Source: Thermoanaerobaculia bacterium
GTDB taxonomy: Bacteria > Acidobacteriota > Thermoanaerobaculia > Multivoradales > UBA5704
DNA: 64,000 nt
Reading direction: 5' to 3'
Assembly (NCBI GenBank): GCA_044226625.1
Contig: JBGAGQ010000004.1
Coordinates: 64,001 to 128,000 of the forward strand
Both the position numbers and the translations under genes were made by a program. A model generated the notes under the pieces. That model saw only the letters and a list, made by a program, of their open reading frames with translations. It was not told the origin of the DNA and ran no database searches. Positions 19,159-29,355 of this stretch are shown piece by piece; positions within the stretch are counted from its first letter, which is position 1, and the number at the start of each line of letters is the position of its first letter.

Positions 19159-19578
19159 TCAGGCGTGACGGGTCGCGTGGATCAACGCTTCCATGTGGTC
19201 GAGGTACCGCTCGAGCGCGCGCCGTCCCGGAACCGCGAGGCGGTACTCGGTCTTCGGAACTCGTCCCTCGAAGCGCTTCGCGCAGGCGATGTAGCCGGCG
19301 TCCTCGAGCTTCCGGGCGTGGACGCTCAAGTTCCCGTCGGTCGTCTGGAGCAGGTGCTTGAGATCGTTGAAGGTGAGCGAGTCGTGGACCGCGAGCGCCG
19401 AGAGAATGCCGAGGCGAATCCGCTCGTGGATCAGCCGGTCGAGGTCGAGGGCCGAGCCGGGCGTCGACGGAGGGGGCGCCTCGTTGTGCGACGAGCGCTT
19501 CTCCCTCTCGGCGCCCTCGTCCCCGCCGTCGTGGCCGCCGATCGACTCCGGCCCGCGAACCAGCGCCCGCCGGGCCAT
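19159..19578 (-). CDS. Winged-helix (MarR/ArsR-like) transcriptional regulator
   Basis: [41 protein letters not shown] motifs. Confidence 0.9.
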   Translation of the reverse strand: MARRALVRGPESIGGHDGGDEGAEREKRSSHNEAPPPSTPGSALDLDRLIHERIRLGILSALAVHDSLTFNDLKHLLQTTDGNLSVHARKLEDAGYIACAKRFEGRVPKTEYRLAVPGRRALERYLDHMEALIHATRHA

Positions 19579-20190
19579 CTAGCCTCCGTGCCTCTTCGCG
19601 ATGATCGCTCCGAAGAGCAGGTGGAGACCGCCGAAGCCCGCGGCGAGCAGCAGGTCGCGCGAAGGGGCGGGACCGAACCAGAGCTCCGCCGCGCCAAGCG
19701 CCATGAACGAAAGCCCCATTACCGGCACCGTGCGCACCGCAAACGCCCCGCCCGTCGCCACCCCCGCGCCGTAGAGCAACAGCCATAGGCCGGGCAGGAT
19801 CTCGAGCCGTCCTTCGCGCACCAGGACGAAGGTGAGCAGCGCTCCGGCGACGAGCGTCGGGAAGAGCGCGAAGGCGAACCGCCGCCCCGGCTTGGTGATC
19901 AGCGACAACCCGGCGCGGCGCGCCTTCCAAGCGATCGCGCCGAACGTGACCAGGAACGCGAGCACCGATTCGCCGAGCCAGATCGAGAGCCAGGCCGCCG
20001 GCTCCCGTGACGCGAGCCACGCCGCGCCGAGCGCCGTCGCGCCGACCGCCATCTCGCCGAAGCCGGAGACTCCGGTGAAGCGCGCCGCTCCCTCCATCGT
20101 CTCGCGGATATAGCGAAGGTTGTCCATCGCCCGCACGTGGAGCGAAGCGGGCTCGGACGGCTCGGAAGGGACCGGACGGAGGGCGGGCAC
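19579..20190 (-). CDS. Hypothetical membrane protein
   Basis: [14 protein letters not shown]-terminus then ~6 TM helices ending FGGLHLLFG; abuts regulator gene. Confidence 0.85.
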   Translation of the reverse strand: MPALRPVPSEPSEPASLHVRAMDNLRYIRETMEGAARFTGVSGFGEMAVGATALGAAWLASREPAAWLSIWLGESVLAFLVTFGAIAWKARRAGLSLITKPGRRFAFALFPTLVAGALLTFVLVREGRLEILPGLWLLLYGAGVATGGAFAVRTVPVMGLSFMALGAAELWFGPAPSRDLLLAAGFGGLHLLFGAIIAKRHGG

Positions 20191-20196
20191 GGGCGG

Positions 20197-20245
20197 AATC
20201 TAATCCGCGGCGACGGAGCCGTCAAGTGCTTTGCAGCGCAAAGCA
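20197..20245 (-). promoter_or_regulatory. Sigma70-type promoter (leaderless) with adjacent inverted-repeat operator
   Basis: Minus strand TTGACG-17nt-TAGATT, 6 nt before GTG 20190; TGCTTTGC-AGC-GCAAAGCA palindrome at 20227-20245. Confidence 0.65.
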
Positions 20246-20377
20246 TGGTGCAGGCTTCGGGTAGCCAGGCCTCCGTCTCGACCCGCCGAGCGGCGGCTCG
20301 GCAGGTCTCAACGGGCTCTCCGCTTCGATGCCGAGCTGGTGCTCGGCGGTCCCGGGAGCGGCGTCCCAGGACGAGGG

Positions 20378-22009
20378 CTACGCGGCCTTTTTTTCTTCCT
20401 CTTCCGGCTTGGCCTCGGGCTCCGGCTTCTTGAGGCCCAAGTCCACCAGGATCTCGTCGGCGACCCGGGTGCCGCTCTCGCAGCCCCCTTCCATGTAGCC
20501 CTGGAAATCGACCGAGGTGTGCTCGCCGCAGAAATGGAGGTTCTGGACCCGCTCGCCCTCGGCGCCGCAGATCGTCGTCCACTGCCCCGGCAGATAGCAG
20601 GCGTAGCTCGCCTTCATCCAGGGGAACGTGGGCCAATGGAACCGCGTCTCGCCGGTCCGCCGTTCGGAGACGCCCGGGAAGACCTTCTCGAGCTCGGCCA
20701 CGAATTTCTCCGCCTGTTCGGCGGGAGTTCCCTCGCCGATCGCCACCCCCGCCTCGCCGCCGGTATAGCAGACCAGGATGCCCCCCTTGCCCGGCTGCAG
20801 GCGGGTCGATTCCCACGTGAGCTGGAACGGCAAGTCGGAGAGAACGCTGCCGTTCGAGGGCTCCGCGCTGGTCTGCCAGACCCGGTCGGAGAATCCGACC
20901 ATCAGCTTGGCGTTCGTCCCGTATCCGAGCTCGGCGATCGCCTTCTTCTTCACTTCCGGCAGCTCGACATCCATCTTCACCTCGCGCAACATCGTGAAGG
21001 GGAGCGTGCACACCACCCGATCGGCGGAAATCGTCTCCGAGGTCGCGTCGCGCCGCACCGAGCAGCGGTACGAGCCGTCCGAGGCGCGGGAGATCGATTC
21101 GAGCCGGCTGTTCGTCTCCACCCGCTCACCGAGCTTGCCGGCGAGCAGCTTCGGCACCTGGTCGTTGCCGCCGCGGATGTGGAACCGCTCGTCGCTGTCG
21201 CCGAAGATGCGGAACGGGTCGGGCGTCTCGTAGTCGATCAGGTAGAGCATGTTCCAGGCCGACTGCTCCGACACCTCGCGGCCGTATTCGGTCAAGTAGG
21301 CCACCTCGAGCAGCTTGCGGAACCAGCCGTCGCACTCCGCCTCGTCCAGCCATTTGGCGATCGACAGGTTGTCCACCCGCTCCGCGCCGTTCGGGTTCTT
21401 GTAGTCGAAGGAATCGCCGGTTACCTCTTCCCACGACGTCGCCATCTTCTCGGCGATCGGCTTGAACGCCTCGACCACCTCCTCGTCCTTCCTCCGCACG
21501 CCGTCGAAGAACCAGAGGTCGCGGGAGAGCTTCGGATCCTCGGAGTCGAAATCGTCGAGCGTGAGCCCCAGCTCGTCGCAAAGACCCCGAAGGTGCTCGT
21601 GCCCCGTGTCGACCAATTCCCCGCCGAGCTCGCAGACCTGCTTTTCCGGGAAGTAGTCGGTGAGCGAGAACATCCGCCCTCCCACCCGCTTCTGCCCTTC
21701 GATCACCCGCACGGGGATGTTCTGCTGATGCAGCCGGTAGGCGCAGGTAAGCCCGGCGATGCCGCCGCCGAGGATCAGCACCGGCCGGTCCCCCGATTTG
21801 CCGCGTCCGGTCAGCTGCGAGATCTTGCCGCACCCCGCCGCGAGGCCGACCGTCGCGGCGCCCGCCGTGGCGAGGAAGCTACGCCGTGAGATCTGCACGC
21901 TCTCGCGCCAACGCTCGACCACCTCGGCCGAGGAGGCGCCGGAAGCCTGGGCCGCGCGCGCGAGCCGAGCGGCACGGACGAGATAGCGGAACAGCGGGGT
22001 TCTCGACAT
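20378..22009 (-). CDS. Flavin monoamine oxidase family protein, Tat-exported lipoprotein-like
   Basis: SRRSFL Tat motif, LAAGC; GGGIAGL FAD site, RVGGR, ELGGE, FCGEHTS..QGYMEGG; GAGGAGG RBS. Confidence 0.9.
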   Translation of the reverse strand: MSRTPLFRYLVRAARLARAAQASGASSAEVVERWRESVQISRRSFLATAGAATVGLAAGCGKISQLTGRGKSGDRPVLILGGGIAGLTCAYRLHQQNIPVRVIEGQKRVGGRMFSLTDYFPEKQVCELGGELVDTGHEHLRGLCDELGLTLDDFDSEDPKLSRDLWFFDGVRRKDEEVVEAFKPIAEKMATSWEEVTGDSFDYKNPNGAERVDNLSIAKWLDEAECDGWFRKLLEVAYLTEYGREVSEQSAWNMLYLIDYETPDPFRIFGDSDERFHIRGGNDQVPKLLAGKLGERVETNSRLESISRASDGSYRCSVRRDATSETISADRVVCTLPFTMLREVKMDVELPEVKKKAIAELGYGTNAKLMVGFSDRVWQTSAEPSNGSVLSDLPFQLTWESTRLQPGKGGILVCYTGGEAGVAIGEGTPAEQAEKFVAELEKVFPGVSERRTGETRFHWPTFPWMKASYACYLPGQWTTICGAEGERVQNLHFCGEHTSVDFQGYMEGGCESGTRVADEILVDLGLKKPEPEAKPEEEEKKAA

Positions 22010-22204
22010 GGGGAACAACCCTCCTCAGAGACATCCTCGGTTTGGCGGAAATCTATCAGATGGCTTTCGCCCGATTCCTCTCGTTCCGACGGTCCTCGGC
22101 CGGAGGTCTCGGCGACGGGCGACCGCGAATTTCCGGCCGCCGATTCGCGGCACCCTCTCGCCTGAGAGTGCGGCCGCTTTGCCCCGCTTCCGACACTTAC
22201 CTCC

Positions 22205-23659
22205 TTGAGCGAAGATCGCCGTTCGCTTCCCCGTGGAGGGCCGCCCTTGTACCACCCCGTCCTCGATCCACGAATCCGCGCCGCCCATGCCGGCCTGTCG
22301 CCCGCGTCGCTGCGGCTCGTCGAGTCGCTCGATCGCTTCCCGGACCTGTTGCGGGGCGTCGCGTCCCCCCGGGAACGGCCCGACCTGTTCGCCGCCTGGA
22401 CCTGGGAACAGCTCTACCCCATGCAGCCGTGGCCCGCGCTGGTCGGGGCTGAGCGGATCGCCGAGATCGAAACCGCCCTGGCGGGCATCACCGAGCTCGT
22501 CCAAGAAGTTCCGACGCGGATCTTCGACGGCGACGTCGAACGGATCGCACGGTTCTTCCAAGAGCGGCCCGAACGGATGGCGGTCGTGCTCGAGCCGGGG
22601 CTGCCGATGCCCGCCATGGTGTCGCGCAGCGACCTCATCATCTCCGAGCGCGGGATCCAGTTCCTCGAGGTGAACCTTTCGGCACGGCTCGGCGGCTGGT
22701 CGCTCCGGATCTGGCAGCCGTACTACCGGAACCAACCCGCCCTGGCGGAATTCTTCGCCTCCGAAGGGATCGATCCGCGCTACCGCGATCCCTCGTTCTG
22801 CCTGTTTACGACGCTGATCCGGAACGCCCTCGACTTCGAGCTGGCGACCAACGGGGAGGTCAACGTTGTCTTCCTCGTGGCGGCCTCCGAGATCGTCGAG
22901 ACGAGCCCCGACTGGGTCCAGCTGATGCGCTCGATTTTCAACGAAGCGCTCGCGGCGATCGATCCCGAGCTCCGCGGATCGATCCACATCGGCGCGTTCC
23001 CCGACAGCTTCGAGACGCGGCGCGAAAAGCTCTACCTCCGAAACGGCAAGCGGGTCCACGCGCTCTACGAATACGGATCCGCCGGCGTTCCGCTCGACGC
23101 TTTCGTCGCGGCGAAGAACGGCCGGCTGCATGTCTACAACGGGCCGCGTCAACGATTCGGCACCGACAAGCGGAGCCTCGCCCTGCTGTCCCAGCATGCC
23201 GCGAGCGGTCGGTTCGACGACCGCGAACGACGGCTGATCGAGAGCTATGTCCCGTGGGGGCGCGACCTCGTCGCCGGCCCGGTCGAGTATCGGGGAGAGC
23301 GCGAAGACCTCCACCGCCTGCTCCGGGTCGGCCGCGAGCGCTTCGTGATCAAGAAAGGGTGGAGCTACGAGGGCAAGGACGTCCTGGTAGGATCCGCCAC
23401 CCCGAAAGACGTTTGGGAGCACGGCCTCGAAGAGGCGTTCGCCGCGGGAGGCTGGATGGCCCAGGAGCGGGTCGAGTCGCTGCCCTATCTTTTCCAGCAC
23501 GGAGACCATGGCGCGGCGCCCCATTCGGTGATCTGGGGTACGTTCCTGATCGGCGGCGAGTTCGCCGGCGGCTTCCTCCGCATGTCGCCGCAAGGCAGCG
23601 GCGACGGGGTGATCAACTCGGCACGCGGCGCGACCGAGGGGTATCTCTTCGAGGTGTAG
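22205..23659 (+). CDS. Circularly permuted ATP-grasp (glutathionylspermidine-synthase-like) ligase
   Basis: RSDL...FLEVN, DKRSLALL, VIKKG..YEGKDVLVG, WMAQERV, VINSARG. Confidence 0.7.
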   Translation: MSEDRRSLPRGGPPLYHPVLDPRIRAAHAGLSPASLRLVESLDRFPDLLRGVASPRERPDLFAAWTWEQLYPMQPWPALVGAERIAEIETALAGITELVQEVPTRIFDGDVERIARFFQERPERMAVVLEPGLPMPAMVSRSDLIISERGIQFLEVNLSARLGGWSLRIWQPYYRNQPALAEFFASEGIDPRYRDPSFCLFTTLIRNALDFELATNGEVNVVFLVAASEIVETSPDWVQLMRSIFNEALAAIDPELRGSIHIGAFPDSFETRREKLYLRNGKRVHALYEYGSAGVPLDAFVAAKNGRLHVYNGPRQRFGTDKRSLALLSQHAASGRFDDRERRLIESYVPWGRDLVAGPVEYRGEREDLHRLLRVGRERFVIKKGWSYEGKDVLVGSATPKDVWEHGLEEAFAAGGWMAQERVESLPYLFQHGDHGAAPHSVIWGTFLIGGEFAGGFLRMSPQGSGDGVINSARGATEGYLFEV

Positions 23660-23676
23660 GTCCCGCCGGCAAGAAC

Positions 23677-23704
23677 CGAAAGGCGGCCCGAAGGCCGCCT
23701 TTCG
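23677..23704. terminator. Bidirectional Rho-independent terminator
   Basis: CGAAAGGCGGCC-CGAA-GGCCGCCTTTCG between convergent genes. Confidence 0.8.
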
Positions 23705-23727
23705 AAACGGCTTCGAACTCTCCGTTC

Positions 23728-26700
23728 TTACGGCACGCAGGCCGAGACCACGACGTCGTCGAGGAACCAGCCGTCGTCGCTTCCGTCGCAATCGGCGACG
23801 GCGGAGAACGCGAGACCCAGGCTATGGCCGCCGCAGCCGCGGACGCCGCAGACGCTCGACAGGTCGACCGACGTCGAGACGAACTCCGAGGTGCCGGTCC
23901 AAACTGGCAGGTCCGCGCTTCCCGCCGGAGCGCACTGAGAAGAGATCGCTCCGTCGTACCCGCCGGTGAGAATCGCGCCGGCCGGCAGCGGCTCATAGGG
24001 CCCGCCATCGACCGAGACCGCGAGGAGGGCGCCGTCACGGCCGCTTTCGAAGGCCCGCCGATGCGAGAAGGTGAGGCGGGGAGCCTCGGAACCGTACGGG
24101 ATCGCGATCCCCAAGGCGCCACCCGGCTGCGCGAAGGAGAACTGATCGGGTCCGTAACCGTCCGTGCAGTCCGGACCGCCGAAGCGGAAGACGCCCGTGC
24201 CGGAGGCCGCCGCGCACGTCTTCACGCCGCGCCAGTCCTTCGCCCCGCCGCCCGGCAAGAGGGAACCGGCCGCCCAACCCGCGAGGCCGGTATCGCTCTC
24301 GAAATCGTTCGAATAGAGCACCGCCTTGTGGCAGGGCGGACAAGGCGGCGTCGTGGCGGAGACCGTCGCCGAGTTGGCCGAAACGCAGGTAGGTTCCTTT
24401 TCCGCCCGCACGAAGTAGTAGTGCGGCGTATTGCAGATCGTTCCACCGTTGACGAACGTGGTTCCGGTCGTCGTGCCGTAGTCGGTAAACGGTCCGCCGG
24501 GCGAAAAGGAGATGAACACCCGGTAACGGACCGCGCCGGCCGCGGGATTCCAAGACAGGTCGATCCGCGTCGGGGAGACCGGTGTGGCGACCAGGCCCGT
24601 CGGAACGTCGGGCGGGTTGCAGAGCGGCAGCTGCGGTACGTTCGGAACGACCATCTTGCAGGCCGACGGCTGGCTCGAGCACGCCACGTTACCCGAGGCG
24701 TGGGCGACCACCTGGTAGAAGTAAGTCTGGCCGTTGACGACCGTCGCATCCTGGGTGCCGGTGACCGAGTGGTTCACCGAGATCCGGGTGAACGCCGAGT
24801 CGCAACCGACGTCGTTGCGATAGACGTCGTAGACGCCCGGCGCAAATCCCGTGACGGTGAGCTTCACCTTCTCGTCGTCGGGCGACGTCGCGATGGTTGG
24901 GGTGGGCGGCGGTGTGCAAGCGGCGAACGTCACCGCGGTCCCCGGGTCGGTGATACAGGCCATTCCGTGGCGGTTGAACGCAATGAACAGCGCAGCGCCG
25001 TGCGGTGTGCCGTTCGCGAGGTTGCCGTCATCGTCGTCCGCCGCCCGCAGCGCTTTCCAGAGTGATCCGGCGTTGCAGCCGCTCGACGTCCAGGTCGTGC
25101 CGGAGGCGTTGCAGGTATAGCTCGATCCGGCCGTCGCGCGGCTCGTGAACCACAGGCGCTCCATCAGGTTCCAGGCCGCCGCCGAGCTGAGGCCCTGATT
25201 CGGCAGGTCGCGCTTGACGAAATCCCACACCGCCTCGGAGGGAACGATCGATTCGCAGTGCCCCTCCCGGCCGCAGGGCCCCCGATAGTTCGAGGACGTT
25301 GAGCAGTTGGGCTGGACGTAATTGCCGACCGTGTGCGGCGCGTTCGAGGCACGTCGAGCCCAATCGATGTCGCGCACGCCCGTGCATACGGTGCACGGAT
25401 CGCCGGATCCGGAGCAGAGCGTCGGCCGAAAGCCGTCGCCGATACACGAGTTGTGGAGCATCAGCGCGGCGAAGAGGTCGCCGTTCGACTCGCCGCTCCC
25501 TTTGTCTCCGGCCGGGCCGTTGCCATCGTTGTAGTCCAGGCCATGTCCGAGCTCGTGGATCGCAACCCCGGGCAACTCGCCGGAGTTGCCGCAGCCCCCA
25601 CCCGACTTGAAGAAGTTCAACGTCGAACCGTCCCAATAGGCGTTGCAGGTCTGGTTCAGGTTCACGTTCGTGCGCAGCTTTTGGAACAGCCAGTTGTTCG
25701 CCGGCAGCCAGGATCTCGCGACCTCTTTGGCCCGGTTCACCCAGAAGAAGGTCGTGCGCGAGGAGCGGGTGTTGCCGGCCCCGCCCACTCCCGGCGTCGA
25801 GCAGTCGGTTCCTGAAGACGAGCTACCGAGTTGCAGGTTGCCCGACGGTCCGCCCGTGTTCGCCGCGATCGCTCCGCACGAATCAACGATACGAACGAAC
25901 TGTCCGTTGAGCGTGGTCGTAAGCGGGGTACCGCCGAAGGTGAACCGCCCGTTTCCGTTGGTGAAGGAGAGGTTCGAGAGATCGGCCCACGGCAGCGCCT
26001 TCACCAGATCGGGCGAGGAGGGCGCGTTCAACACCACGCCGCCCGAGGCGAGCGCGTAACGGTTCTCGTCCTGCAGCTCGAGAAACTGGCCGTTCGTCGC
26101 GTCGACCCGAGCGCGGAACGTGCCTGGCTCGCCGGAGCGCCGGAAGACGACGTCCCAGACGAAGGCCAGCTCGTACCCCTTGCCGAAGGCAAACCCTTCG
26201 GCGAACCGATCGTCTCGCGCCGCGGTAGGGACGAGATGCAGCGAGCCCGGATCGAGGATGACGTCTCGCCCCTTCTCCAAGCCGCCGACGAAACCCGCCA
26301 CGCTCCGCCGCGCGTCGTCCGCGGTGACCTTGACCGAAGGAAGCGCCACCCCGCGCGGGGGCACGTTTTCGAGCCCGAGTTGAATCAGATTGCCATGGCT
26401 CACGCGGAAGAAGACGCGCGCCCCTTCGATTGGAATCCCCGCCCGCGCCACGCCGAAGTCGACGTACCAGAGCGAATCAGAAGCCGGTCCCGAACGCTGC
26501 TCGGAAAGCACCAGATCCCGTTCGTCGATCCCAAGGAGAAGCCCTTCTTTCGCCACGAATTCGCGAGCGATTTTCTCCATCCGTGCAAGGTCGACCGTGC
26601 CCATGGCGCTCGCTTCAAGCCGGTTGCCGTACCCTGGAATCCAGGGGATTCCCGCTCCCTCCGCCGATTCGATCCGTCCGCTCCGCGCATCGACGTAGGC

Positions 26701-26967
26701 CACCCATTCCCCGTGATCCAACTTGAACGCGCTCCACGCCGCACCGATCTCCGGCGCGAGACGCGAGCGCGACGATTCGAGCTCTTCGACCCGCGGGCTC
26801 ACCTCCAGCCGATCGCTCGAAACCGCGAGCGCCGACAAGCCGCCCCGGTTCGGATCGGGCGCGATTTGCGCTCCCGCGAGCACCGGCACGAACGCCCAAG
26901 CCAGGGCCACGGTGAGACCAGAGATCCCAACGAACACACGATCGCCACCTGGAAATCTTCCATTCAT
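23728..26967 (-). CDS. Secreted zinc metallopeptidase (M4/M36-like) with propeptide, fibronectin-III and C-terminal beta domain
   Basis: Signal peptide, PepSY-like RVDATNG, CNAYW, HELGH plus downstream GE.S.GD; FN3 PTGL..IDLSW...Y. Confidence 0.8.
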   Translation of the reverse strand: MNGRFPGGDRVFVGISGLTVALAWAFVPVLAGAQIAPDPNRGGLSALAVSSDRLEVSPRVEELESSRSRLAPEIGAAWSAFKLDHGEWVAYVDARSGRIESAEGAGIPWIPGYGNRLEASAMGTVDLARMEKIAREFVAKEGLLLGIDERDLVLSEQRSGPASDSLWYVDFGVARAGIPIEGARVFFRVSHGNLIQLGLENVPPRGVALPSVKVTADDARRSVAGFVGGLEKGRDVILDPGSLHLVPTAARDDRFAEGFAFGKGYELAFVWDVVFRRSGEPGTFRARVDATNGQFLELQDENRYALASGGVVLNAPSSPDLVKALPWADLSNLSFTNGNGRFTFGGTPLTTTLNGQFVRIVDSCGAIAANTGGPSGNLQLGSSSSGTDCSTPGVGGAGNTRSSRTTFFWVNRAKEVARSWLPANNWLFQKLRTNVNLNQTCNAYWDGSTLNFFKSGGGCGNSGELPGVAIHELGHGLDYNDGNGPAGDKGSGESNGDLFAALMLHNSCIGDGFRPTLCSGSGDPCTVCTGVRDIDWARRASNAPHTVGNYVQPNCSTSSNYRGPCGREGHCESIVPSEAVWDFVKRDLPNQGLSSAAAWNLMERLWFTSRATAGSSYTCNASGTTWTSSGCNAGSLWKALRAADDDDGNLANGTPHGAALFIAFNRHGMACITDPGTAVTFAACTPPPTPTIATSPDDEKVKLTVTGFAPGVYDVYRNDVGCDSAFTRISVNHSVTGTQDATVVNGQTYFYQVVAHASGNVACSSQPSACKMVVPNVPQLPLCNPPDVPTGLVATPVSPTRIDLSWNPAAGAVRYRVFISFSPGGPFTDYGTTTGTTFVNGGTICNTPHYYFVRAEKEPTCVSANSATVSATTPPCPPCHKAVLYSNDFESDTGLAGWAAGSLLPGGGAKDWRGVKTCAAASGTGVFRFGGPDCTDGYGPDQFSFAQPGGALGIAIPYGSEAPRLTFSHRRAFESGRDGALLAVSVDGGPYEPLPAGAILTGGYDGAISSQCAPAGSADLPVWTGTSEFVSTSVDLSSVCGVRGCGGHSLGLAFSAVADCDGSDDGWFLDDVVVSACVP

Positions 26968-27272
26968 GACAGAGCCTCCGAGCCCGCGAGAACGGCCGCC
27001 ATGGCCACGGCTCGCAGGAGCCGACGTCCCTTCGGGCTCACGTTCGGGAAGGCGGAGATCGCAGGAAAATGGGGCCAGCGCTCCAATGGGGGCAAATGAT
27101 TCCGAACCAGGAACGATTTTCTATCGAAGGCAGATTTTTCCGCTCGCCACGGGTGCCTGTAAATCGCTGTAAATCTCTGATTCCATGTGTCTCTATTGGC
27201 GCTGGCACACCCCCTGCACTTACCAAGGGGCGTGAGGCATATCTCACAATGACCTGGGAGATGAAAGGAAAG

Positions 27273-27626
27273 ATGGTCTTTATCAAAAGATCGCTGGCGG
27301 GTCGTACGATCCGCTGGACCTTCGAAGACGGCCCCACGGCCGGGAGGACTTATGAGCACGAGTTTCTCACCGATGGGACGTTGAACCGTCGCTTCGTCGG
27401 CGCCTTGGCTGGAGACGGTCCGTCGAGTGCGCTGGACGCGGAAAACTCCGGTATTCCCTATGCTTCCTTCGAGGTCGCGCCGGACGTTCATCTGGTGTCG
27501 TTTCTCTCGGAGTCCGGGTACACGCTCACCGTGACCCTGAATTTCGAGACGCTCCACTGTTCCGGTGTCGCCTCGAACGCCGAGGAGTGGTATCCATCGA
27601 CCGGTTCGGTCGAGGTGATGGCTTAA
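27273..27626 (+). CDS. MoaF/phenolic-acid-decarboxylase-like small beta-barrel protein
   Basis: LAGRTIRWTF.DGP, VAPDVHLVSF...GYTLTVTLNF; AAGGA RBS. Confidence 0.6.
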   Translation: MVFIKRSLAGRTIRWTFEDGPTAGRTYEHEFLTDGTLNRRFVGALAGDGPSSALDAENSGIPYASFEVAPDVHLVSFLSESGYTLTVTLNFETLHCSGVASNAEEWYPSTGSVEVMA

Positions 27627-27643
27627 CGGTAAGGTTTTCTCTG

Positions 27644-27679
27644 CCTCCGAGGCTGATCCATCGAGCCTCGGAGGTTTTT
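27644..27679 (+). terminator. Rho-independent terminator
   Basis: CCTCCGAGGCT-loop-AGCCTCGGAGG-TTTTT. Confidence 0.8.
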
Positions 27680-27786
27680 CATACGTAGCATTCAAGCTCG
27701 ACCGGGGCTCGCCTTAAAGTAGGTGGCCCCGGTTCCGAATCTCCCGTGGCCCGCCGACCTGATTCTTTCCCGGGCGACGAGCCGAC

Positions 27787-28530
27787 TCAGAAGACGAGGA
27801 AGTAGAGCGCCGCGAGAAGCGCGACCACGACGATCCAGAACACGGGGCGCCCGATCATCCGTCCCACCGCCCGGCCGGCCGCGGCGGCACCGATCGCTCC
27901 GACGTCCAGCACGTCGGGCGCCTGATAAGGGGCGGCGGGCGCGGCTCCAGCGATGATTGCCTCCACTCCGGCGATCACCTCGGTCACCGCGTGGGCCGCC
28001 ACTGGATGCTCCTCCGCTAGCTCTTCCGCCTTCTCCTCCGAAATTGGCTCTTGCCCTTCGGAAGAGGGCGCGGCGGGCACTTCCAACTGTTGCCGCATCG
28101 CGTCGGAGAACTTCTGGAACATCTGGTCTGAGACATCCTGGATCATGCCGCGGCCGAATTGCGCGAGGATGCCGAAGACGTTGACGTCGGAGACCACGGT
28201 TACCTCCGTCTCTTCCGCCGAGCGGGCCACGACGCGGCTCTTCATCCGCATGTCGGCGCCCCCCTTACCCTTCGTCTCCTGGCCCGAGCCCGAAAGCTCG
28301 GCCTCGCCCGCCGCCTCGTCCAATCGCTCGAAGCGGAGCTTGCCCCGATAGCTCGCGGTGACGGGCCCGACCTTGACGGTCATCGTCCCCTTGTACTCCT
28401 GGTCGCTCACCTTCTCCGTGATCGCGGCCCCCGGCAGGCAGCTCGCGACCTTGTACGGATCGACCAAGAAGCTCCAGACCACGGGAGCCGCGGCGCGAAG
28501 CGTGAAGCTCTTCTGGATTTCCATGCCCAT
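27787..28530 (-). CDS. SRPBCC/CoxG family protein with C-terminal membrane anchor
   Basis: VWSFLVDP..VASCLPGA, VKVGPV, G.LAQFGRG. Confidence 0.88.
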   Translation of the reverse strand: MGMEIQKSFTLRAAAPVVWSFLVDPYKVASCLPGAAITEKVSDQEYKGTMTVKVGPVTASYRGKLRFERLDEAAGEAELSGSGQETKGKGGADMRMKSRVVARSAEETEVTVVSDVNVFGILAQFGRGMIQDVSDQMFQKFSDAMRQQLEVPAAPSSEGQEPISEEKAEELAEEHPVAAHAVTEVIAGVEAIIAGAAPAAPYQAPDVLDVGAIGAAAAGRAVGRMIGRPVFWIVVVALLAALYFLVF

Positions 28531-28704
28531 GATCGGCCTCCCTCTCCCTCGAAACGAACCGGCGTCCCGCCTACAACCGTTTCACCGAAGATACCCCCGC
28601 CGACCGGGCGGTTCAATGGCCGGGTGGACCGAGGCAATCCCCTCCCCGTCTTGAGGCGGAGCTTCCGCCGCTCGCGAAGGCCACAGATCCCGTGCGGAGG
28701 CGCC

Positions 28705-29355
28705 TTACGCCGAGCGAGCAAACAAGGTGGATCCCGCCATTCTGGGAACGACGATGAATCCGGTCTGCGCCTCGCCGAGTACTTCGACCTCATTTCGCGC
28801 GAAACGGTGGGCCGTCAGTGCGCACAGCGCGGCGTCGATGAAGTCGATGCCCACCGATTCGCCGAAGTCCACCCCCGCCTGGCGTAGAAGCTCGGGGCGG
28901 ATCGTCTTCTTCTCCTTCGCGGAGACCACGTGTCCCGCGAGCGCGCAGCCGACGGCTTGAGGGAACGTCTCGAAACACCACCGGCCGTCACGTTCCGAAT
29001 CGATGCCGTAGAGAGGATGCGACCTTCGGAGGCACCGGAAGAGCTCCTCCCCGTTTCGCATCCAGCCATAGAAACCGTGATCCGATCGCTCGAAGGGCGG
29101 CGTGTAGAAACACTGGATCTTTGCCCGGATCAGGTCCCGCTCCGCTTTGCGCTTTTCCTCTCCGATTCGCCAGGAGCAGGGAGCATCGACCCCGATGCAA
29201 CGAGCGTCAAGACCGACGCACCATGCAGCGATCTCGGCGGCGTCCTTCGACTCCGTTCGATCCTGAACCTTTCCATCCGCGAGAGCAACGGCATGGAATC
29301 CTTTCTTCGTGCCGCCCACGTCGATCCCTACGACTACGACCGGCTTTTCGGGCAT
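28705..29355 (-). CDS. DUF429 family protein (RNase H-like fold, predicted nuclease)
   Basis: VGIDVG, IGVDAP, ETFP, DAALCALTA. Confidence 0.85.
   Translation of the reverse strand: MPEKPVVVVGIDVGGTKKGFHAVALADGKVQDRTESKDAAEIAAWCVGLDARCIGVDAPCSWRIGEEKRKAERDLIRAKIQCFYTPPFERSDHGFYGWMRNGEELFRCLRRSHPLYGIDSERDGRWCFETFPQAVGCALAGHVVSAKEKKTIRPELLRQAGVDFGESVGIDFIDAALCALTAHRFARNEVEVLGEAQTGFIVVPRMAGSTLFARSA

Noticed and set aside
18542-20020. 492-aa ORF as a fusion to UppS
   Set aside because: Upstream part is an off-frame read through the regulator and membrane genes; real uppS start is ~19129
20231-21889. Long antisense ORFs (also 22025-23791, 30414-32417, 36177-38306, 58039-59679)
   Set aside because: Arg/Gly-rich shadow frames expected in high-GC DNA opposite well-supported genes
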